From NCBI RefSeq assembly GCF_016127575.1, contig NZ_CP066019.1, positions 210,001 through 242,000 on the forward strand: 32,000 bases of DNA, given 5' to 3'. The position numbers were made by a program, and so were the translations under genes. Positions within the stretch are counted from its first letter, which is position 1. Every line of letters starts with the position of its first letter. Origin of the DNA: Cupriavidus necator. Lineage in GTDB: Bacteria; Pseudomonadota; Gammaproteobacteria; Burkholderiales; Burkholderiaceae. This document shows, in pieces, positions 26,044 to 32,000 of the stretch. The notes beneath the pieces were generated by a model, which did not search any database, was not told where the DNA came from, and saw only the letters and a list, made by a program, of their open reading frames with translations.

Positions 26044-26227
26044 GGCTTTTCTCCATTGAGCTGCGCAGGCTGGCAGCGCAGCGCAAAGTCGACGACACAG
26101 CGGAGCGGAGTGACGCCCCGTTCTGATTCGGTGAACGCCATTTTTTCTGGTCCTGGGACTTAAAAAAGCACCAAAAAGCTGAAGAATTCGTGTACCACCC
26201 CTCCCATGTGCTGTCAGTGCCTTTGCG

Positions 26228-27640
26228 CTAGGAGAACTTGCTGATCAGGTGTTGCAAGCGATCACAGGCAGCCGGCAGCTGCTGTTCAATCGCTGTCGCA
26301 ACACCAAGGAGCAGTCCCGATCGCTGCGTAGACGCCGAGCAATACCACCCCGACAACGGGGCGGGCGCAAGGCCGTAGGCATAGGCTTCCCGAGCGATCG
26401 TCTTGTCGTCGGCGCCATCGGGAAGCCTCATCACCACGGCAAGTCCGGCCGGATAGGCCTGGAATCCCCTGGACCTCAGCGCAGCCAGCAGTGCATGGCT
26501 TCGGCCTGCATAGATGCGCTTCATCCGACGCAAGTGTCGGATATAGTGCCCATCCCGCATGAATTCAGCAGTTGCCATTTGCACTGCCGGTCCGGGCGCT
26601 GAAGCAAGGCAGGCCACGGCTTCATCGAATCGGGCTACCAGGGAGGCCGGCACCACGACAAATCCAAGCCGCAGCGTCGGACTGATGGTCTTGCTGAAGG
26701 ACCCGATATGAATCACCCGCCCCGCACGATCGAGTGACGCCAATGCGGGAGCCGCGCGGCGTGCCAGCTGGAGTTCGCCCAGGTAATCGTCTTCGATGAT
26801 CCAGGCATCCGCGCGTGTCGCCCAGTCGAGGATCTGCACCCGACGAGCGAGCGACAAGGTAGGACCCAGAGGCGCTTGTTGGCCCGCGGTGACCAAAGCC
26901 ACCGCGGCATCTGGTGCGTGCGTTTCACCGTAGCTGACATCAATGCCTTCTTCGTTTACCGGGATGGGAACCGTTGCGAGCCGGGAAATTTCCAATGCCC
27001 TGCGGCTGGGAAAAAATCCCGGGTTCTCGACCCATGCCTTCCGGCCTTCGGCCTGAATCACTCGCAGCGCCACACCGAGCGCCCCTGAGCATCCCGCCGT
27101 AATGAAAATCTGTGAGGGCTGGCATTCAATGCCGCGTGCCAGGGCCAGATGCGCTGCGATCTCTCGTCGGAGTTCATGTTCGCCTCTTGGGTCCGGATAC
27201 GCTGCAGGCGCTTCGACTTCGTCGCGTGCCGCACGGGCTCGCAGCCGCGAAAACAATGTAGCCGGGAAGCAGTCCGATGCCGGCACGCCCATTTGAAAGA
27301 CCGCAGGTCCGGGCAGGAAATGCTGGTACAGCTCGGATCGCAGATCAGACTCGATGGAACGCGCACGCTCCGTGATCGGGCTCGCGACGGCAGCATGCTC
27401 AGAGACTCTGGTCCCCCAAGCGCGCGATGAAACGACCAGTTGTGCGTCGGCCAGCCGCTCATATGCAGTCTTGACGGTGCCTCGGGCAACCCCGAGTTGT
27501 GCGGCAAGATCTACCCAGGACGGCAGTCTGGCACCGGGAACGAGTACCCCGTTCTCAATGGCGCCGGTAATGCCGAGCCGAATCTGCTCCGCCAGTGAAG
27601 TTTTCGACGCGCGGTCAAGCTTCAGATCCAGGAGTCCCAT
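26228..27640 (-). CDS. MocR/GabR/PdxR-type regulator (GntR HTH fused to a fold-type I aminotransferase-like domain)
   Basis: N-terminal SLAEQIRLGITGAIENGVLVPGARLPSWVDLAAQLGVARGTVKTAYERL is a GntR winged helix. The C-terminal domain has IIEDDYLGEL and the PLP-lysine context GSFSKTISPTLRLGF. Confidence 0.9.
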   Translation of the reverse strand: MGLLDLKLDRASKTSLAEQIRLGITGAIENGVLVPGARLPSWVDLAAQLGVARGTVKTAYERLADAQLVVSSRAWGTRVSEHAAVASPITERARSIESDLRSELYQHFLPGPAVFQMGVPASDCFPATLFSRLRARAARDEVEAPAAYPDPRGEHELRREIAAHLALARGIECQPSQIFITAGCSGALGVALRVIQAEGRKAWVENPGFFPSRRALEISRLATVPIPVNEEGIDVSYGETHAPDAAVALVTAGQQAPLGPTLSLARRVQILDWATRADAWIIEDDYLGELQLARRAAPALASLDRAGRVIHIGSFSKTISPTLRLGFVVVPASLVARFDEAVACLASAPGPAVQMATAEFMRDGHYIRHLRRMKRIYAGRSHALLAALRSRGFQAYPAGLAVVMRLPDGADDKTIAREAYAYGLAPAPLSGWYCSASTQRSGLLLGVATAIEQQLPAACDRLQHLISKFS

Positions 27641-27727
27641 AGCCTCTGGTACATCAGGAAATTGAATTTTTGGTTCTTTTTTATGAACCTCCGGGAGAGC
27701 ATGATTCTAGCCTCACAGGAGATAAAC

Positions 27728-28144
27728 ATGAAACTTCAGCGCATTCTTCGCGCTCTCGTCGCGGCTACGAGCATCGCCTTCACCGGGGCTGCCGCTGCAC
27801 ACACCGTTGGCGATACGGTCAAGCCGAATTTCTCCCGGGCGATTCCCAACATCCCGGGCAAGTCGCTCATCGCCGTGGAGGTCCTTTATCCGCCCGGAGG
27901 CGCTTCGCATCCTCATACCCATGCCAAGTCGTCATTCATCTATGCATACGTCGTCTCGGGCAGCGTCGCCAGCAAGGTGAACGACGAGCCGGAACGCGTA
28001 TACAAGGCTGGTGAGAGCTTCTTCGAGGAGCCAGGCGCACGCCATCCGGTGAGCCGCAATGCGAGCAAGACCAAGCCGGCAAAACTGCTCGCCGTGTTTG
28101 TCGTCGATTCAGACGACAAGGAACTGACGATCAACGACAAGTAG
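27728..28144 (+). CDS. Secreted cupin-domain protein
   Basis: The ATG at 27728 is preceded by AGGAGA; the track starts at 27662. Signal peptide MKLQRILRALVAATSIAFTGAAAA. Cupin motifs GGASHPHTH and GESFFEEPGARH. Confidence 0.8.
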   Translation: MKLQRILRALVAATSIAFTGAAAAHTVGDTVKPNFSRAIPNIPGKSLIAVEVLYPPGGASHPHTHAKSSFIYAYVVSGSVASKVNDEPERVYKAGESFFEEPGARHPVSRNASKTKPAKLLAVFVVDSDDKELTINDK

Positions 28145-28153
28145 GAGTTTGAA

Positions 28154-28609
28154 ATGAGACTGGATTACACCAAGGCATCGCCAGGCGGTGTGAAGGCATT
28201 TGGCGGCGTGTACGGCTATGTCATGCAGTCGGGCCTCGAAGACGTCCTCGTCGAGCTGGTCTATCTGCGCGTGAGCCAGATCAACGCGTGCGCTTATTGC
28301 CTGGACATGCATACCCGTGACCTGATCAAGAAGGGCGCTACGCCCGAGAAGCTTGCGCTCGTGCAAGCCTGGCGCGAAGCGGGGCCGTTGTTCACTCACC
28401 GCGAAAAGGCCGCACTCGCATGGGCCGAGTCGGTCACCCTGGTGGCGGACACACACGTGCCCGAGGAGGAATTCCAAGTCGCGGCCGCGGCGTTCAACGA
28501 GAAAGAGCTCGCTGACCTCACGATGGCTATCAGCCTGATGAACGCCTATAACCGGCTCGCCATCAGCTTCCGGCGCGCCCCCGAGTCCGCACTGGCCGCC
28601 AAAGACTGA
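28154..28609 (+). CDS. Carboxymuconolactone decarboxylase-family (AhpD-like) protein
   Basis: LVYLRVSQINACAYCLDMHTRD contains the CxxC of AhpD-like proteins, and the alkylhydroperoxidase-like core includes REKAALAWAESVT. It starts 9 nt after the cupin stop. Confidence 0.85.
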   Translation: MRLDYTKASPGGVKAFGGVYGYVMQSGLEDVLVELVYLRVSQINACAYCLDMHTRDLIKKGATPEKLALVQAWREAGPLFTHREKAALAWAESVTLVADTHVPEEEFQVAAAAFNEKELADLTMAISLMNAYNRLAISFRRAPESALAAKD

Positions 28610-28881
28610 TGCTTGTTGTCCCTCGGGTGCCGGGTGAAGTCTGTTGAGAAGCGCGCCTTTAGGGGCGTTTCCCTTTTGGGGGCACGTAGCCCCCGAGTTG
28701 CGCTTCGCAGCTTTCCATTCAGAGGTCCGCTTCCTTTCCGAACGGGGCGCCCGTAGTTCACGCACCGACTGACCGGAACTGGGCCGGTACCGGTCGGCCG
28801 GCCTGTCCACATCAGTATCCAGTTGCTGAGGCGAGCCAGGATCGCGGGCACTGGCGTATGCGGAATTTGCTGCGGGGCTGC

Positions 28882-28908
28882 GCGCCTGCGCCGAAGGAGC
28901 GCAGGCGC
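28882..28908 (-). terminator. GC-rich hairpin just downstream of the aldolase gene
   Basis: GCGCCTGCGC (28882-28891), 7-nt loop, GCGCAGGCGC (28899-28908), 10 nt past the aldolase stop. No U-tract follows, so intrinsic-terminator status is uncertain. Confidence 0.3.
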
Positions 28909-28918
28909 ATCGGCAAGC

Positions 28919-29941
28919 TCAGCCTGCGGCGTTCTCCTGCGCCTCGTCGTATTGACCCAGGCAGGCCATGGCATTCAGCCGTGAGCGCTGCAGCAGCACC
29001 CGTTGCGCTTGCGCGGCGTTGGCGGCGTCGCCGCGCCAGGCGAGCAGGGGCGGCTCCTGCAAGGCGCGCCCGTAGGAGAAGGACAATCGCCAGGGCAGCG
29101 GGGCAAGCCGGTTCATGGCGTCCAGATTGACGGTGGCCTCGGTGGGCGTCTGGCCGCCGGACAGGAAGAAGATGCCCGGCACCGCCGCCGGCACCGTGCG
29201 CCTGAGCACCTGCACGGTCTGCATGGCGACCTCGGCCGGGGCCGCGTGCCCGGCCTCCTTGCCGGGCAGCACCATGCTCGGCTTCAGCAGCATGTGCTCG
29301 AGCACCACCGCATGCCGGTGCAAGGCATGAAAGACTGCATGCAGCACGGCCTCGGTGACCTCGGCGCAACGCGCCATTGAGTGCGCGCCGTCCATCAGCA
29401 CCTCGGGCTCGACGATGGGTACCACGCCTGCTTCCTGGCAGATCGCGGCATAGCGTGCCAGCGCTTCCGCATTGGCCTGGACGGCAGCCCAGCCCGGCAA
29501 CTTGTCCGACACGTTGTAGACCGCACGCCACTTGGCAAAGCGCGCGCCCTGCTGGCGATAGCCGGCAAGCCGCTTGGCCAGCCCGTCGAGACCCTCGGTG
29601 ACCTCGTCCCCGGGTGCCAGGGCGAGTGCGATCTTGCCCTTGTCCACCTTGATGCCGGGCACGATGCCCTGGCGCGCCGCCAGTTCCGGCAGCGGCGTGC
29701 CATCGTCGGCGCGCTGGCCCAGGGTTTCCTCGTACAGGATCACGCCGCTGATGAACTGGCCAAGGCCTGGGCTCGACAAGAGCAGGTTGCGCCACGCGCG
29801 GCGGTTTTCCTCGCTCGACTCCACGCCGATGCGTTCGAACCGCTTGGCGATGGTCGGCCCGCTCTCGTCGGCCGCCAGCAACCCTTTGCCCGCTTGTGCC
29901 AGGGCGTCCACGGTGGCTTGCAGTTCGCTTTTTCTGTCCAT
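28919..29941 (-). CDS. Fructose-bisphosphate aldolase, class I (Schiff-base type)
   Basis: I take the ATG at 29941 as the start (MDRKSELQATVDALAQAGKGLLAADES; the track extends to 30115). Motifs GIKVDKG, ARFAKWRAV, IVEPEVL, the Schiff-base lysine context MLLKPSMV, FLSGGQ and SFSYGRALQ. Confidence 0.92.
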   Translation of the reverse strand: MDRKSELQATVDALAQAGKGLLAADESGPTIAKRFERIGVESSEENRRAWRNLLLSSPGLGQFISGVILYEETLGQRADDGTPLPELAARQGIVPGIKVDKGKIALALAPGDEVTEGLDGLAKRLAGYRQQGARFAKWRAVYNVSDKLPGWAAVQANAEALARYAAICQEAGVVPIVEPEVLMDGAHSMARCAEVTEAVLHAVFHALHRHAVVLEHMLLKPSMVLPGKEAGHAAPAEVAMQTVQVLRRTVPAAVPGIFFLSGGQTPTEATVNLDAMNRLAPLPWRLSFSYGRALQEPPLLAWRGDAANAAQAQRVLLQRSRLNAMACLGQYDEAQENAAG

Positions 29942-30026
29942 GATCAGGCTCCGTGCAGGTGACATAGGAACAAGCATTGGCGCGAAAACGCCGTCGCGCA
30001 AGCCAGGTGGGGCACGTAGCGCCTGC

Positions 30027-30362
30027 CTAAGGTGGCCGCCCGAACGCTTCGCGCAGCTTGCCCTTGGCCTTTTCCAGCGTGGCGCGACGCGCCCTGGGCA
30101 GATGGCGGCCGGCACGATTGATGTAGAAATTGAGCATCGACATCGCCGACTGGAACGCCGTGCCCTTGCGGCGCCGGCTGCTCACGGCGGAACGCTTGAG
30201 CGAGGCGGCAATTTCCTCGGGGTTGTCCGAGGCGAAGATGTGCGGTTCGAGGTCCAGCGCGTTGCTGTGCTCTGTTATCTGCTGCGACCAGCGCCGCCCC
30301 TTGCTGGCGCCAGCTTTGGCGCGGCCCTTTGCCGGCCGGCGGGTGGATTTCGCGGCAGCCAT
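30027..30362 (-). CDS. DUF3175 family protein
   Basis: I prefer the ATG at 30362 (GGGAGGA SD 7 nt upstream) over the track start at 30377. RWSQQITEHSNALDLEPHIFASDNPEEIAASLKRSA...SAMSMLNFYINRAG..L matches DUF3175. Confidence 0.75.
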   Translation of the reverse strand: MAAAKSTRRPAKGRAKAGASKGRRWSQQITEHSNALDLEPHIFASDNPEEIAASLKRSAVSSRRRKGTAFQSAMSMLNFYINRAGRHLPRARRATLEKAKGKLREAFGRPP

Positions 30363-30587
30363 TTCCGGTCCTCCCATAGCTTTATCGGGATCCGTCTAGC
30401 CTAGGCAACTTCTCGCCGTCCCGGGGGGGTCAGGGGGGACCGGCGCGTGGTGGCAAGACGGCCCGGGCGGTGTGGGATAATTGCCCCTTTGCCCAGGGCG
30501 CAGCTCAAGAGGTTGTTCGCACGGGCGCGCAAGGGTCCTTATTCCTGTGGCCCGCTTCCTTTCTGCGATATTCCTTCAGCAATAAAA

Positions 30588-32000
30588 ATGCCCACATACC
30601 GTTCCAAAACCTCCACCGCCGGCCGCAACATGGCGGGGGCGCGCTCGCTGTGGCGCGCCACCGGCATGAAAGACGAAGATTTTTCCAAGCCCATCGTCGC
30701 GGTGGTCAATTCCTTCACCCAGTTCGTGCCCGGGCACGTGCACCTGAAGGACCTGGGCCAGCTGGTCGCGCGCGAGATCGAGGCCGCGGGCGGCGTGGCC
30801 AAGGAGTTCAACACCATTGCGGTCGATGACGGCATCGCCATGGGCCACGACGGCATGCTGTATTCGCTGCCCAGCCGCGACATCATCGCGGACTCGGTGG
30901 AGTACATGGTCAACGCGCACTGCGCCGACGCCATGGTGTGCATCTCCAACTGCGACAAGATCACCCCGGGCATGCTGATGGCCGCAATGCGGCTCAACAT
31001 CCCGGTGATCTTCGTCTCCGGCGGCCCGATGGAAGCCGGCAAGACGCGCCTGGCCAACCCCGTCACCAAGGCCATGGAGTTCAAGAAGCTCGACCTCGTG
31101 GACGCCATGGTGATCGCCGCCGACAGCGCCTATTCCGACGCCGACGTGGCCGAGGTGGAGCGCTCCGCCTGCCCCACCTGCGGTTCGTGCTCGGGCATGT
31201 TCACCGCCAACTCCATGAACTGCCTGACCGAGGCGCTGGGCCTGTCGCTGCCCGGCAACGGCACCGTGGTGGCCACCCACGCCGACCGCGAGCAGCTGTT
31301 CAAGCGCGCGGGCAGCCGCATCGTGGAACTGGCGCGCCAGTACTACGAGCAGGAAGACGAGCGCATCCTGCCGCGCTCGGTAGGCTTCAAGGCGTTCGAG
31401 AACGCCATGACGCTGGACATTGCCATGGGCGGTTCCACCAACACCATCCTGCACCTGCTGGCGATCGCGCGCGAGGCCGACATCGACTTCAGCATGACCG
31501 ATATCGACCGCCTCTCGCGCGTGGTGCCGCAGCTGTGCAAGGTGGCGCCCAACACCAACAAGTACCACATCGAAGACGTGCACCGCGCAGGGGGCATCAT
31601 GGCCATCCTGGGCGAGCTGGAGCGCGCCGGCAAGCTGCACACTGATGTGCCCACGGTGCATGCCCCCACGCTCAGGGACGCGCTGGAGCAGTGGGACATC
31701 AGCCGGACCCGGGACGAAGCCGTCAGGAACTTCTACCTGGCCGGCCCGGCGGGTGTTCCCACCCAGGTGGCGTTCAGCCAGAACACGCGCTGGCCCAGCC
31801 TGGACCTGGACCGCGCCGAGGGCTGCATCCGCTCCTACGAGCACGCCTTCTCCAAGGAAGGCGGCCTGGCGGTGCTGACGGGCAATATCGCGCTCGACGG
31901 CTGCGTGGTGAAGACCGCCGGCGTGGACGAGAGCATCCTCGTGTTCGAAGGCACGGCCCACGTCACCGAGTCGCAGGACGAGGCGGTGGAGAACATCCTC
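30588..32000 (+). CDS. ilvD: Dihydroxy-acid dehydratase IlvD, 3'-truncated by the window edge
   Basis: This gene is not in the supplied ORF track because it has no in-window stop. My own translation from the ATG at 30588 gives [57 protein letters not shown]...[55 protein letters not shown], nearly colinear with enterobacterial IlvD. The frame is open to base 32000. Confidence 0.95.
   Translation, partial: MPTYRSKTSTAGRNMAGARSLWRATGMKDEDFSKPIVAVVNSFTQFVPGHVHLKDLGQLVAREIEAAGGVAKEFNTIAVDDGIAMGHDGMLYSLPSRDIIADSVEYMVNAHCADAMVCISNCDKITPGMLMAAMRLNIPVIFVSGGPMEAGKTRLANPVTKAMEFKKLDLVDAMVIAADSAYSDADVAEVERSACPTCGSCSGMFTANSMNCLTEALGLSLPGNGTVVATHADREQLFKRAGSRIVELARQYYEQEDERILPRSVGFKAFENAMTLDIAMGGSTNTILHLLAIAREADIDFSMTDIDRLSRVVPQLCKVAPNTNKYHIEDVHRAGGIMAILGELERAGKLHTDVPTVHAPTLRDALEQWDISRTRDEAVRNFYLAGPAGVPTQVAFSQNTRWPSLDLDRAEGCIRSYEHAFSKEGGLAVLTGNIALDGCVVKTAGVDESILVFEGTAHVTESQDEAVENIL

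Noticed and set aside
28651-28670. CCTAAAG on the minus strand in the gap between the AhpD-like gene and the aldolase gene
   Set aside because: There is no acceptable -10 element at 15-16 nt spacing (AGACTTCA), so the -35-like core is probably a chance occurrence.
28678-30020. Shared 12-mer GGGGCACGTAGC on both sides of the aldolase gene (about 28679 and 30009), which could be read as direct repeats flanking an insertion
   Set aside because: A single 12-nt match is expected by chance many times in 32 kb of GC-biased sequence. The flanks beyond the 12-mer do not match, and no mobility gene is present.
30576-31961. 461-aa minus-strand ORF, the only long track ORF in this region
   Set aside because: It is antisense to ilvD, which reads cleanly on the plus strand. 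The translation is His/Gly/Ala/Arg-rich with no motif.
1-32000. Search by eye for CRISPR arrays, tRNA/rRNA genes, IS elements, integrases, toxin-antitoxin pairs and defence-system signatures
   Set aside because: I found no regularly spaced repeats, no tRNA-like T-arm/acceptor patterns in the intergenic gaps, and no transposase-, integrase- or nuclease/helicase-type translations. All gaps over 200 nt were read on both strands. Without computational tools, short or degenerate elements could still have been missed.

Overview
High-GC sequence, by gene content and protein similarity most likely a betaproteobacterium of the Burkholderiaceae (Cupriavidus/Ralstonia-like; this is inference). About two thirds of the window (3.1-23.6 kb) is a classical flagellar regulon. 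It comprises flhB-flhA-flhF-flhG-fliA-flhE (+), the convergent flgN-flgM-flgA (-), and the divergent flgBCDEFGHIJ plus flgKL (+). Upstream (0-3 kb) lie the 3' part of a TpsB (ShlB/FhaC-type) outer-membrane transporter gene and a tightly packed operon of three lipoproteins (CsgG-like, DUF4810-like, DUF799-like) of unknown function. Downstream (23.6-30.4 kb) is a miscellany whose codon usage is visibly less GC3-biased. It holds a pseudo-receiver protein, a PPC/DUF296 protein, a DUF1697 protein, a decayed SDR/NmrA gene stub, a MocR-type regulator divergent from a secreted cupin plus an AhpD-like protein, a class I fructose-bisphosphate aldolase and a DUF3175 protein. The window ends inside ilvD, which is absent from the supplied ORF track because it has no in-window stop. 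I found no rRNA, tRNA, CRISPR array, transposase or integrase. I see no convincing new multi-gene system of the defence or toxin type. The most unusual items are: (i) FlhG has lost both Walker-A lysines and the C-terminal membrane-targeting helix but keeps the FlhF-activating DQAxxLR motif. (ii) FlhF carries a roughly 400-aa C-terminal extension of unknown function. (iii) There is an orphan CsgG/DUF4810/DUF799 lipoprotein operon. (iv) Sigma-28-type promoters share an extended CCTAAAGTCC motif, and one sits upstream of the operon that encodes sigma-28 itself. (v) A pseudo-receiver protein adjoins an array of GTTAC/GTAAC half-sites. All calls come from reading the translations and sequence by eye, and no database search was possible. 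Many long ORFs in the track are antisense artefacts of high GC content.
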